Notes under the pieces: generated by a model
What the model was told of the DNA's origin: nothing
Seen by the model: only the letters and a program-made list of their open reading frames with translations
The model's database searches: none
Program-made: the position numbers and the translations under genes
Shown here: positions 11,576 to 25,026 of the stretch, one piece after another
How the letters are laid out: each line of letters opens with the position of its first letter
Position numbering within the stretch: position 1 is the stretch's first letter
NCBI RefSeq assembly: GCF_001194135.2
Contig: NC_068984.1
Span: 127,643,683-127,707,682 of the forward strand
Direction: 5' to 3'
Source of the DNA: Octopus bimaculoides
Taxonomy: Eukaryota
Length of the DNA: 64,000 bases

Positions 11576-13099
11576 GAAATCTTTTAACCACAAGAACCAT
11601 TTTCATACTGCTGGCAAAATCTTATTTGTAATACATACCATCTTCTCCATACCCAACACATTCCCCAGATTATCTAATGGATTCCAGTCAAACGCTCTTC
11701 TTTAACAGATCTTTTTCCAGCTGCTTGTCTTGATAAACTACATAAAACTGTGACAAGTGTCTGTGTATTGTTTTGTAATAATGGAAACAATGTATTCATT
11801 ATTAGAGGCTGACATAATGTATTTCACTTAGTTTGAATCTAATCTGACGCATCTGATATTTCACTCATTGTTTCAATTTAACCATTCATTTAGTATGACA
11901 CATGGTTGAATTATTCTTGCAAATCCTGATATTTCCAAAAACATCAGTGATTTAGTTGAGAAGTAAATGCAAGTGAGAGATGTGTAGTGAGGTATTGCTG
12001 AAGAATAGAGAGCAATGCAAGTGTTGTTATTTGATCTTTTATGTGGTTAACATTTGTTTCCATAATAAAAGCTGTTTTATTATGTAACACTTGCATATTT
12101 ATTTAATAGCCTGCTGATTAAATAATCTACTGAGCTGAATGTTAAATTTGTTTTTATGGATTTGTACTTGCAGATTCTGTGGTACATTAGAAAATTAAGT
12201 GGAAGTAATAGTGTCAGATGACATAATGCAAAGTGAAATCTGTTTAGAATCTCCGAGGTTTCTACGTTTACAGTGTATTTGATAACAAACAGATAATTTT
12301 GCGCTGGTTATTCATCAAACATACTCTGTAGCCGGCTTCGACACTGATTGGTTATGAGCTTAACTTGTTAAATATTCAACAATTTATGCTTTCAAGCAAT
12401 AAATATCATTGCGTAAAACTCTCCAAGTGTGTGATTGACAAATTAAAAATTTACTGAAAACTACAGCAGAACTTCTATATTCCTCTCTTTATGTCTTCGG
12501 TCCTGACAGAATCAGCAACTCTCAGAACATTACGTCTGTTGAATCAACAAGGAGAGTCACCATATGGTTGCTCAAACTACTAGAAACAGCAACCAGATTT
12601 CTCTTAAATCATGCTCTACCTGTTACAAAGATGATATACTTCTAGATATACAATGACATATGACAGTTATGACAGCAATGTTTTTGATTGTAGGTTTGCT
12701 GGATGAAGTCTGATCAGGGACTAAACAACACCATTAATTCTGTTTAATGGACTGATTCAGTAGGTATTAATTTCTACTCTGATTGGAAATGCTGAATGTG
12801 AAGTATTAAAACTTTATCTAATTTCGAACACCTAGAGATCTGGCCAGCAGAATGAATAGTTAATGACTAGTGATATGACCAACAAGTCAAATACTGACAT
12901 ACTGACTGTCCTGTCTCAGAAAGAAGTGATTTACCTATAATCTGTTAGGAAGGGCAACAAACTAGAAAGACGGTGTGTGTGTTGAGCTTAATAGGAAATG
13001 ATGTGTGAGTGTGTGTATGTGCGAGAGAGAGAGAGAGAGAGAGATGTGATAATATTTTACTATTGGTGCTAGATAGAGTTAAAGATTTAACTTTTTAGA

Positions 13100-13320
13100 T
13101 AGACTTTTAGCATTCAGATTATTCTATCAAATATATTTTATTTAGTCACATTGTTTTCAATTAATCATGTATTATCTCATGGCTTTGGGATTTCCATGAT
13201 GTGCTTATGTAATTTTAGAATGACATTGTCAGCTAGGTGTGACAGGCCAGGTCTGATCAGTTTGAACATAAAACAGGTAAAATATTTTGGTCTGATATGG
13301 CTGGGATGATTGGGCATGAC
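13100..13320. mobile_element. piggyBac-like MITE, degenerate copy
   Basis: tttagcattcagattattct...tttagaatgacattg...ttgaacataaaacagg body shared with 1000-1219; further partial copies at ~14045, 14930-15024, 28520-28700 and 29294-29490. Confidence 0.65.
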
Positions 13321-13434
13321 TCTTTGGATGCTGGCTACTTGGCTTGACTGACTGGACGATGAACCAGTTTTGGTGACAGAACATTTAGGCAAACTAGAGG
13401 CAAACACATCCTCACAGGCACATGCGGAAAAATA

Positions 13435-13887
13435 TAGTAATACCTCACTTTACGAAGCCCCATTTTACAAGACCCTGGGTTTATGAGTTTTGTTTTCCCA
13501 GCACAAGATCCAAATTTTGAACAATGTGCAAAAGTTTCTACTACCACAACGAATGCTTGTGAATCAGTGATCCTATCTACAAATGATGGTGTGTGTGAGT
13601 CTAGTGCAGGTGAGAGTGACTCGGAAAACAATTATAATAATAATATTTTTTATTATAAATGATCTTGACATTCTTTTATCCTTTATATAAAATATTCTTT
13701 ACATTCTACTGTTGTTTTATTGCTATTTATTTATGAGTATCATAAATTTTATAGGTAAAATATTTTTCTTGGAATGAATTGCGATCTATAACATTGCTTC
13801 CTTAGGAAATTATTGCTCTGCTTTATGAGATTTCACTTTACGAGCGATCTCTGGGAACAACTTAACTCATATATTGAGGCATTACTG
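13435..13887. mobile_element. Tigger/pogo-like non-autonomous DNA transposon
   Basis: TA at 13433-13434 and 13888-13889; TIRs TAGTAATACCTCACTTTACGA / TCATATATTGAGGCATTACTG (16/21). Confidence 0.75.
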
Positions 13888-14341
13888 TACACATATAGAT
13901 GGAGAGAAAGAGAGAGGGAGAGAGAGAGAGAAAGAGAGAGGCATTACAATTTACAAATTGAACATGATTGACATAAACACTTTCCATTTCCTCATACACA
14001 TGAAGAGAAATATGTTAACAAACAGAGAGAGACAGACAAACATTAAATCTTTAGCATTCAGATTGCTTTGTCAAATCTTATGTTTATTTATTCACATTGT
14101 TTTAAATTAATCTTGTATTATCTCATAACTTTGAGATTTCAGTGATGTTATTGTTAATTTTTAGATTTATTGCAAACAACTTGCAGATGCAAGTGCTGCC
14201 CATTTAAAGCTCTGCATACCAGATGCGAGCAAGTTTATGGAGTTATCAGCAAAGAATGCATGACATTTCAGAGCCTACCTCTCAATGGCATCATTGCGCA
14301 CTGGCCACCCTGCCTCATTGAAATGAGACCCTGCTTGCTAG

Positions 14342-14722
14342 TTGTTGGCACTCCGTCGCTTACGACGTCGAGGGTTCCAGTTGATCCGATCAATGGAACA
14401 GCCTGCTCGAGAAATTAACGTGGAAGTGGTTGAGCACTCTACAGGCACGTGTACCCTTAACGTAGTTCTCGGGAATATTCAGCGTGACACAGTGTGACAA
14501 GGCTGACCCTTTGAATTACAGGCACAACAGAAACAGGAAGTAAGAGTGAGAGAAAGTTGTGGTGAAAGAGTACAGCAGGGTTTGCCACCATCCCCTGCCA
14601 GAGCCTCGTGGAGCTTTAGGTGTTTTCACTCAATAAACACTCACAACGCTCGGTCTGGGAATCGAAACCGCGATCCTATGACCGCGAGTCCGCTGCCCTA
14701 ACCACTGGGCCATTGCGCCTCC
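14342..14722 (-). mobile_element. full-length young tRNA-derived SINE (family C)
   Basis: Minus strand GGAGGCGCAATGGCCCAGTGG (A box)...GTTTCGATTCC (B box); CpGs retained; perfect 14-bp TSD ACCCTGCTTGCTAG at 14328-14341 and 14723-14736. Confidence 0.92.
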
Positions 14723-15639
14723 ACCCTGCTTGCTAGATCAACTGGTTATCAGATTTCACTCAATATTCTTCTAACCATTGCTCATTGTCTCTTTTCCACT
14801 GTAGTTTAAATATCATTCATGGTGGCATTTGCTTTAGGGTGAGTTAGGCCTAACCATAACAACAGTCGCCTTACATTGTGTCCAACGAATCCTCTACATC
14901 CGACTTCGATTGGAAAATACTCCACTTTCAGGCCTGTAGAAAAGATGTGAGAGGCTGGCTTGAACATAAAAACAGGTGGAATATTTTGGCCATATATAGC
15001 CAATTTGACTGCTAAAGGGTTAACATGTTTGATGTCAAATAAGTCAATGTTGAATCAATGATGCCAAATGGGCAGCGCCAAAATGGCTGTGCCAAACCAT
15101 ATCACACTGTACAACCGTAACTCATGAGAAATTGTTATCAACTCCATATCACTGTTGTGTAACACCATTGTGTGACACTCTTGTGTTCCAAATAATATAA
15201 TTTGATAATTGATATTTTTAGAGATGTTTGGCTAAATTTAACATTTAATCTCTTGATAACATTTTCTATTTGTCATTCTCTAACCATATCCACCATTCAG
15301 CTTTAATAAAAGATTCACTTGTATTCTTGCCAAATAGATGTTCATTTTGTTTCTTCCAGACTGTAAAATAATTTGATATACTTTTTTATTATTCTTGTTT
15401 ATTCTTCAAAAAAAAAAAAAGAAAAAAATTGATTATTATATTTCATCTTCATAAAACTTTGGAATGAAAGTATTTTTTTTTTATTAATAAATAATAAATA
15501 ATAAATTTATAGAATATATTAATGGCATCATTCCACTAGCTGTCGAGTAGAATATTTATATATATGTGTAGCTCTTTTAGTGAACTTTTGGGTACAACCA
15601 GTAGAATACACAAGCCAATGTTACTTGATTTGTATAAAG

Positions 15640-15885
15640 TAGCAGCCAAATCTCCCTCATCCCACAACGTGCTATCATCAGAAAAAAGAAAGGAAAAGGA
15701 AATTGGGGGAAGAGGCAAGTTGATTATATCAACCCCACTACTTGACTAGTGTTATGTTTTATTGACCTCAGAAGGATGAAAAGCAAAGCTGACCTTGGTG
15801 GGATTTGAACTCAGAATGAATAGCACAGGAAGAAATGCTGCTAAGCATTATGTCCAGTGCACTAATAGATTCTGTCAGCTTGCTA
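15640..15885 (-). mobile_element. SINE family B (preceded by a family D fragment)
   Basis: gaaggatgaaaagcaaagctgaccttggtgggatttgaactcagaa...gattctgtcagcttgc. Confidence 0.7.
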
Positions 15886-15900
15886 CAATAAAAGAAATGA

Positions 15901-16270
15901 TAACAAGCGCACTCAGAGAGCGCAAACCTCCGCCTAGGCAACTCCAGTGACCTTTCAGCGATTAGTCGGAGATGATTTTTAAAATGAGAATATTTGAAAT
16001 AAACTCGACTGCTCTCACAAACGAGAATACTAAAAATGAACCCGATCGCTCCCAAAAATTAAGTAAAAAAGCCGGAAAAATAATCCAGAATCCCTGTCTG
16101 GTACCGGATGGATCCCCAAATCTAATCATTTTGTGTCAGTCATGAGGCCAAACATCCTTGAAAGTTTCATCCGAATCCATCCAGTGGTTCTTGAGATATC
16201 TTGTCCATGGACAAACAAACAAACATGACTGAAAACAACACCTCTGTCTTCGCTAAGGCAGAGGTAATAA
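15901..16270 (+). mobile_element. Helentron-associated non-autonomous element (HINE / DINE-1 / pearl-like)
   Basis: Starts taacaag; 5' sub-terminal ACCTCCGCC (15926-15934); (ACAA)n near the 3' end; terminal hairpin ACCTCTGTCTT-CGCT-AAGGCAGAGGT (16240-16265), then aataa. Confidence 0.75.
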
Positions 16271-16972
16271 CCCTTTCTATTATAGACACAAGGCCTGAAA
16301 TTTTGGGGGAGAGGGCTAGTTGATTACATCGACTGCTCCCCTCCACACTCCTCAGCTAGTACTTATTTCATCAACCCCAAAAGACAAAGTCAACCTTGGC
16401 AGAATTTGAACTCCAAACTAATCTATTACAATAATACTCTTGTGTATTTCCATCACAAAATATGAATAAGGAAGGAAGGGGTAATGACAAACAGGTAGTG
16501 GGATGATGAAAGTGTCAGTATATGTGAGTGTTTGTAAAAGGGAGTCAATGTGAATGTTTCGGTGTGTGTGTGTGTGTGGGGGGGGGCGTGCACATGCACT
16601 CACGTGCAATGGAAGTGGGATGGTGAACATACAACGCTGAAAAGAAAAATCAAACAGCGTTTCAGATCTGTGTGAGTGTATGTGTGTGTGTGTGTACAAG
16701 GGAAGTATGTGAACGTTTATATGTGTGAACTAGCGTTCTTTCACTAACAAATGATGATCAATGTCATATCTCAAAATACAACCACTAGATAACATTGAGA
16801 AGTGAATTTGAATTACCATCCATATTCTATCTTTCATCCTTATTTATATATTAAATACCTACAATTAGCTGTTATTTTTGATGGCACATTGGAATGCGGC
16901 CATGCTGGGGCACTGTCTTGAAGGGTTTTAGTCAGATGAATCAACCCCAGTACTTATCTTTTTTGAACTTGG

Positions 16973-17310
16973 TAGGCACATAGCTCAGTGGTTAGAGCAT
17001 CAGGCTCACAATCATGAGGCAGTGAGTTCGATTCTCAGACAGAGCTGTACGTTGTGTTCTTGAGCAAGACACTTTATTTCATGTTGCTCCAGTTCACTCA
17101 GCTGTAGAAATGAGTTGCGACATCACCGGTGCCAAGCTGTATTGGTCTTTGCCTGCCTTTCCTTTGGATAGCATCAGTGGCGTGGAGAGGAGGGGCTGGC
17201 ATGCATGAGTGACTCCTGGTCTTCTATAAACAACCTTGTCTGGACTTGTGCCTCAGCGGGTAACTTTCTAAGTGCAATCCAATGTTCATTCATGACTGAA
17301 GATTGCCTTT
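16973..17310 (+). mobile_element. CORE-SINE, near full length
   Basis: A box TAGCTCAGTGG, B box GTTCGATTC, CORE-like gttgtgttcttgagcaagacactt...gctccagttcactcagctgtagaaatg. Confidence 0.8.
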
Positions 17311-17314
17311 ACCT

Positions 17315-17590
17315 CTTACTTATTCTATTAGTCTCTTATGCCAAACCACTAAGTTACAGAGATGTACACAAACCAATACTGGTTGTTGAGTAATAGACAA
17401 ACACTAAGGCAGATACACACAAACACACACATACACATATATACACAACAGGCTTCTTTCAATTTTTTAATCTACCAGAGTCATTCACAGGACTTTGGTT
17501 GGCCTGGGGCTTTAGCGCCCAAGCACTTTGCAGTGGGAATGAAACCCAGAACCATGAGGCTACGAAGCAAACTTCTTACCACACAGCCAG
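17315..17590 (-). mobile_element. SINE family A1 (partial)
   Basis: aaccactaagttacag...ggcttctttca...cttcttaccacacagcc. Confidence 0.7.
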
Positions 17591-18969
17591 GATTAATCTT
17601 GCTGATAAATTAAGATCACAAGGACCTTTTTGTTAGCTTGGAATGTTAATCAAATAGATAGGTTTTGTTATTTAAAAATTCGTCAGGATTTGCTTAATTC
17701 TTCATGCTAAGATGGTGTGGTAAACGAGCAAAAGTCTTCTTCACTAAATGTGCAAATATAACTGGGCTGGGCATAATTCATTTGCATAATGGTACGAGGA
17801 TGGAATTCACTTACTTTAGATATTGTGTGTTTAAGTCATTATCATTTATAAATCTCCATTTCTATGTAACATTAAATGTTGATCTGAAAACTACATAAAA
17901 AAATGTGTCTTAATTAATGTAAAAATTAGATGTACTAGTGTGTTTATTGACGGTAACTGTATGTATTTGTTTTCACATATATCTACGCGAATGTGTTGCA
18001 TCTGGCTGTTAGTCTCTGACTCCTTGTGTATATATGCATGAGTGTTTGCTTGCGTGTGCCTATGTACTTGAATGTATGTATGTATGTATGTATGCCTCAC
18101 TGTGAGTCTGTGTGTGTGTGTGTACTGTTTGTATTTGTGCGAGATTCTGTGTGCATGTGATATAATATAATATAATATGACATTCTGAATGATTTATGGG
18201 CTTTTCAAAAAGCGTTCTTGTGGCTTTTTAACATTTTGCTTTTATTGAATCAATATTTCTGAAATATTCTTTGAGTTATTTTGTAATATAATTATTTTTA
18301 CATGAAGTTAGAAGTTTGGTTCATGTAACAGTGGCAGTACACCTGCAACACTACCACCATAGAGCCTGACTTGTATCATATTTTCATTTTTAACATTTCA
18401 CTTGTGTTTTAAAGTTAATGTCTTGTTTAGTTTTTAATATTCAGTTTTCAGAAGTGCGATACACACAAACACACGTAGTTATATATATGCCCATTCACGC
18501 ATATCCACACACACACACACATACACACATTTATTTAGAAATGTATATACACATCTATAATACTATTCTCCTACAGTGTATGGACCACAATACTTTCAGC
18601 CATTTTATCTTAACTATGGAATGATATTGAAAACATAATCTATTATACACTCATTTATATTATTCTTAAGACAATTGAATGAGAAACTAGGGGACAAAAC
18701 CAAAGAATTTAGATATGACATCTTATTTGTCTGACAATGAATATTTTAAATATAAATTACATGTCACACACACACACACACACACACACACATTTGGGTG
18801 AAGGCATGGGTATGTGTTTAAGACATTTACTAGTTTACTTCACAGTGGCAACGTTGTTTTGGGTTCAATTTCACTATGCAGCACTTTGGGTATCTCCCAC
18901 TAAAACCTTGGGCCAACCAAAGTTTGGTTTCTAAATCAGTTTGCATCTAAATAATAAAACACTTGTATG

Positions 18970-19030
<61 letters not shown>

Positions 19031-19649
19031 ATATATTTGTGTGCATTAATTGTAAACAAATTTCACTGTCACTCAACCAGTGGCATTCATTTGGAGTCTT
19101 CTGAGAAAAACATATCCAACTATTGCATTATTTCAGATTGAAAGGACTTGTTTGGAAGCAAACGAAGTAACATGATTACATTATGATTCGCAGTGTCACC
19201 ATTGCTAAGTCAGGTAATGCTGACGATATAGCGATATAGTCATGATGAAGCAAAGGACTTCTGAATCATTTTGTATATCTGCATGCATGCATACATTCAT
19301 ATGTACATACATACCCATCAACTCACCCTATTGATGATGTTGAAATCCCATTGAAGGAGCCTTGGATCTAGGTTAGAAACCAGCTCTTTCTCTATTGGCA
19401 AGAAATCTTGAAATAATGCTGAATAGTGACAGACTTACATAGATCATATACACACACACATACGTATGTTTGTATGTACATAGGTGTGTGTGTGTTTGTG
19501 TAATGTAAACGCACACAGATACAAATATATGTAAAGCTTGAGATATGTAGATATATAAGGACGATTGCATATTCTATAGTACAATATAGGGATACTTGTA
19601 TCTTATAATATTGTATAGTTTAATGTATTGTTTTTGATAAGAAAGTACA

Positions 19650-19726
19650 TTTTCATCTCTTTTCTCTTTTCAGGTAAGTGATTTTAATTTTCTCCATTTA
19701 AAGTTCCCAAGAATGTCTAGGTAAGG
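19650..19726 (+). promoter_or_regulatory. candidate recursive splice site with 47-nt cryptic RS-exon
   Basis: 21-nt pyrimidine tract, then CAG|GTAAGT at 19673/19674; second donor TAG|GTAAGG at 19720/19721. Confidence 0.4.
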
Positions 19727-20062
19727 TCTTTACCTATATCACTGTTTTATTTCTGCAAGTTATATCCAGCTCTTTGAGCTTAATATCATTAATAGCCTGT
19801 GTTTGATGGTGGTCTTTCTCTAATTTAACACTCCTGCTTTACTACTTTTACTGGTTCCTTTCCCCTGGATTACTTGTCATTTCTTTATCTATCATCTTTG
19901 ATATGTATCTCATGTCTGTACCAGTACAGTCTTCTCTTTTGTTCACTACTTCTGATTCCTCTTGTGTCCAGTATTTCTCCTATCTCATTTGTGCTCTGTC
20001 TTTATCCAGCTGAGCATGATCTCCTCATATCTTTCCAGCCCTTGCATATTATCTGTATTTAA

Positions 20063-20282
20063 CCCTTTAGCCTTTAAACTAACCATATCTGGCCTAAATG
20101 TCTCACCTGTTTTACGTTCAGACTAGTTAGACCTGGCCTTTCACACCTACCCTTCAATGTCATTCCAAAAATATATAATCACATCTTTGAAAACTTGAAG
20201 CAATGAGATAATGCTGGATTAATTCAAAATGATGTGGATAAATAAGCATTATATTTGGCAAAGTAATCTGAATGCTAAAGGG
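20063..20282. mobile_element. piggyBac-like MITE (220 bp), opposite orientation to 1000-1219
   Basis: TTAA at 20059-20062 and 20283-20286; TIR CCCTTTAGC / GCTAAAGGG. Confidence 0.85.
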
Positions 20283-20848
20283 TTAATACCCATGTTTTTC
20301 TACTGTGCAGCATCACAATTTTTGCATCATGCAATTTATTCTTTAATCAGAGGGTGAATTCCTTTGTTGTCTGCAGGAATAATTGCTCCTTGAACTTTTT
20401 CTACCCCATTCTTATTTTAGCTACTATGCTTTTGGAACACTCGCCTTCACTGCTAATCAGGACATCTTGGTAACCCATGTTATCAACTACTTTCAGGGAA
20501 CCCCCCAGCTACAAAAACTTAGTTTAAAAGGGCGCATTTATTTATTTATTACAGCATGCTTCTAACCCTGGATAGGTTATACCTTAAACATAATCATGGT
20601 TTGAACTTGTTTTGGTCATATATTTGATTGAATGAGACTGGCTTGGAGCTGAACAATGACAAAAAAAACAAACGAAAAAAACATAAAAACAACCCCACTT
20701 CCCAGATTAACATGAGTTAAATAAGTTTGCAACCTGCTTCTTTTTACTTTGGCCTTCCTTCTTTTACAAGTTGGTTTACCCATTGTGCATCATTATGGTA
20801 CAGTTTTTCTGAAACCTTCCCCATTTTGTTCATTGCTGTTACCTATGG

Positions 20849-21133
20849 CAGGGGTTTTCAAACTGTAATCCGCGGACCACAGGGGGTCTGCAAGGACAAT
20901 ACAGGGCGTCCGTGGACAGCAAATACTTTTTATGGGCAATTTGATTTTATATATGTTCTTTAATCGAAATCTTTTAATTGACAATAAACCTATTTGTTAA
21001 ATATTGTTAAATAAATAAATGCAAAAATATTTGTTATTTTAAGCAAATATTTATGTATAAATTTCATAAGCGTTTATAAGGTAAAGCCTGAAATATAAAG
21101 GGGTCCGCATGTCAAAAAGTTTGAAAACCCCTG
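20849..21133. mobile_element. hAT (Charlie/Buster-like) MITE
   Basis: Perfect 16-bp TIR CAGGGGTTTTCAAACT; perfect 8-bp TSD ACCTATGG. Confidence 0.95.
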
Positions 21134-22716
21134 ACCTATGGGACACCTCATATCATGACCTTACTGTGTGATATGTTATGATATTTTCTGGAATATATTT
21201 AATTTACCTTCATGATTGCGTCATGGAGACAGTAGAACTTGAAATGGAAAATGTGATTCTCTTATGAGATTATCACTATATTATTTCATTCTTTTCTTCC
21301 AATATAAAACACATGATTTTTTTTATCAAAAGTAAATCTGTACTTTGATGTCATTCCTGTTTGTTTAAATTAATATCAGCTTTTATCACTTAAAGTCTGT
21401 TACAAATTCTTGTTTTACTGAAATTTTCCCATTAATCTGTCCCTTTCTTTTATTTTTAATATCTTCTATTAGTTTTCTTTGATATTAGCTTCCGTATTCT
21501 ACAGGCTTCTGCCTGTTAGTCTGAAATATTTGATCAGTTCTGTTTATCTTCAACACTTCTAACCATTTCAAACACAAACGACTCTATTTCAATTTTAGCG
21601 AACAACATTTGTTTATTACTAAATTTTTTCGTCTTATTTTATTTATTTATTTTTTTATTTAAGAAATCTAATCATATTGTCATTTCAGTTATTTGGGAAA
21701 TTATTGTTGAAAACCATTTTTGTTTAGATTTCTCCAGTTTCTTCCAGAACCATCCTTATTGTGTGTGTGTGTGTGTGTGTGTACAGTGTGTGGTGCCTAC
21801 TGAGAAATATTGATCAAAGTTAGGTTCTCTGCCAACTGATCCATCGTTAACCTATGGAAGAGTAATTGTGGTGTTTGTGTGTGTGTGTAGAAAGAGAGAG
21901 AGATAGTAAGGGAGAGAGAAAGTTTAGATTTGATTTACTGAGAATATGAAGATATTGCAACTGATGTATCCGGACCTTATATCGATCTATTCTCCAGATT
22001 AAACACAGACCATTTAAATCATGTTCTTTGATGATAGTTTTGATTTTAATAAATTTAATTTCTTGAATATTTTGATGATGGTGTTGATGATAATGTTGGT
22101 GACTGTGGTGTATTTTGGTTTTAGCTTTTTTAATTAATTTGAAGGAAGAAGATGGGCAGTGCCAAGGAAGCTTGGCTCATAGATCCCTCGACACCCATCA
22201 CTCCAAAGAAAATGTTTGTTAAGTTACCTCTTGCCAAACCTGCATCATCTGTCTAGAGCACATATTTACAGTTTCTTTCTAATCACTAAACTACATTAAT
22301 CTAATCTGGAATTTTGCTTAGATTAAGCCCATTTGTTCCCTTTGGATAATAGACTATTGATAACTTTTCTCAACTGTTTTCAACTTGGGGCTGCCTTTTC
22401 TATTTCTTTCTAATTGGATCCCTGTTTTTCTTTTGGATTTTGCTGCACCATAACTTATGTTTCCCAGAGGGAAGGTCTTCCTTTCTCAGGTCTTGTCAAT
22501 ATTGAATTGGCTTCAATGTGCCTGTAACTTTGCTTTTTACTGAAATAGGGGTATTAGTCCTGTGCAAATCCATTTTTTCACTTCTGGATACAGGTGGTTC
22601 TTTGACCTGTCCTGTATAGAAGGCCCAACCAGGAACTTGCTCTCTTCTGGCATAGCTCTCAGAGTCATTGAGGCACATAAGCTACCACATCACAAAAAGG
22701 ACTGTATCTTCTAGTG

Positions 22717-22981
22717 CAGGGGTTTTCAAACTGTGGTCTGCGGACCACAGGGGTCCGCAAGGACAAGACAGGGGGGCCGTGGACAGCAAATACTTTTTAT
22801 GGGCAATTTGATTTTATATATGTTTTTTAATCGAAATCTTTTAATTGACAATAAACCTATTTGTTAAATACTGTTAAATAAATAAATGTAAAAATATATG
22901 TTATTTTAAGCAAATATTTATGTATAAATTTCATAAGCGTTTATAAGGGGGTCTGCAAGTCAAAAAGTTTGAAAACCCCTG
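22717..22981. mobile_element. hAT (Charlie/Buster-like) MITE, second copy
   Basis: Same 16-bp TIR; perfect 8-bp TSD TTCTAGTG. Confidence 0.95.
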
Positions 22982-23974
22982 TTCTAGTGGAAACTGAACT
23001 TTATTTACCCTAAATAATCCAATTATTTACTGCCATTTTATATTTTACTGTTGTTGTCCTATATATTAGTACTTCGTCTAGGTAAAACCTCAATGACATA
23101 TAAGTCCTCCTTGAATATTGTGTTTAACCTTTTATCAGAAATCTATTACTGGTGCTTATTTTTAAATGTCTCCCCTGGTATAAAAGGGTAAGATTATCTC
23201 TTTGCTGTATTTTAACACTTTTACTTATTACATAGTTCAATAAAAATGGGCTGTACCCACAACTGTTGCATCTCTCTCTCCCCAGACTGAAAAATAGCTT
23301 ACATTCTCTGATTTCATTATTTGTAAGCTGGTTCAGTTATTCCAATGTGTTCAAACACTAATCCATCATTTACTCTGTATTGAAGCTATTGTTCTGTATC
23401 AATTATATAGTAAATATTAATTTTTGATCTCTTCACATCACATCACATTACAAAAAAAAAAAAAAAAAAAAAAAAAANNNNNNNNNNNNNNNNNNNNNNN
23501 NNNNNNNNNNNNNNNNNNNNNNNNNNNNNNNNNNNNNNNNNNNNNNNNNNNNNNNNNNNNNNNNNNNNNNNNNNNTATATATATATATTTATATATATAT
23601 ATAGTTATAGAGTTACTCATTAATTCTGTGAAGCAACCCTACCAGGAATTGTTGCAATGATCACCTTCATTATTGCTATAAATACTACAATTACTCGACT
23701 TTAGATATTTAGTAATTTGAAAAATTTTAAAGCAGAACATATTTTCCGCTTTTTCAACTTACACTTCAACGAGAGAGTGTGTGTGTGTGTGTGTGTGTGT
23801 GCGTGTGTCTGTGTGTGTGTATGTACACGCACACGCACATATCATTTGTTTTTATATTCAGTTATAAGGATTTTATAATAAAAGCAATTTTACATGAATG
23901 ATGTAAAATACAAAGTTATTATTCTTATACAAGAATGTTGTTGACAGTAACTTTGAAGTTTTGGCCAATTAAGC

Positions 23975-24009
<35 letters not shown>

Positions 24010-24956
24010 GGGTGGGGTGGGGGCAGTTATTAATTCTTTCAGTAACTTTCAAATAAAAATCATTCCATTGTGTGATGTGGATATGGTTCAACTTGTTTAA
24101 ATCTCATTTTATATCATGATAAAGATCTGGTACTTTCTATCCTCTGGTCAGAAAATGATGGTTTTTCTTCTCTCTGTTTCTCTTCCAAATACTACACCAA
24201 ACTATTGTTTTTGATTTCTATCTAAGAAATTCAATATTTTCCAATTAGCGTATTAAATAAGTACCTATATTCAGTTGTAATTTCCTCTTGCTATCCGAGT
24301 TGGAAATTGACATTTGTGAATGGCTGCAACAAACGTAGAAGACTTTTATTGTAGATTCAGTCTTTATAGTACTAAAAATCTCTGACATTTAATGAGTATT
24401 TTTTGTTTGTTTTTGTTTCTGTTTAGCTCAGTTGTTCATTGGAGTAATTCATCAACAATTAGAAGCAGGAAAATTAGTAAAATGTGGTAGGAGATATATA
24501 TANNNNNNNNNNNNNNNNNNNNNNNNNNNNNNNNNNNNNNNNNNNNNNNNNNNNNNNNNNNNNNNNNNNNNNNNNNNNNNNNNNNNNNNNNNNNNNNNNN
24601 NNNNNNNNNNNNNNNNNNNNNNNNNNNNNNNNNNNNNNNNNNNNNNNNNNNNNNNNNNNNNNNNNNNNNNNNNNNNNNNNNNNNNNNNNNNNNNNNNNNN
24701 NNNNNNNNNNNNNNNNNNNNNNNNNNNNNNNNNNNNNNNNNNNNNNNNNNNNNNNNNNNNNNNNNNNNNNNNNNNNNNNNNNNNNNNNNNNNNNNNNNNN
24801 NNNNNNNNNNNNNNNNNNNNNNNNNNNNNNNNNNNNNNNNNNNNNNNNNNNNNNNNNNNNNNNNNNNNNNNNNNNNNNNNNNNNNNNNNNNNNNNNNNNN
24901 NNNNNNNNNNNNNNNNNNNNNNNNNNNNNNNNNNNNNNNNNNNNNNNNNNNNNNNN

Positions 24957-25026
<70 letters not shown>

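Noticed and set aside
16973-17050. tRNA gene candidates (also 14650-14722 and 4988-5050)
   Set aside because: A/B boxes continue directly into SINE bodies; no complete cloverleaf or acceptor stem.
19138-19214. Plus-strand AG...GT exon-like segment
   Set aside because: Stops in all three frames; no support as a coding exon.
19345-19400. Hammerhead-like TTGAAGG...AGCCT/AGGTT...GAAACC
   Set aside because: Two core mismatches and no helix I pairing; at best a decayed relic.
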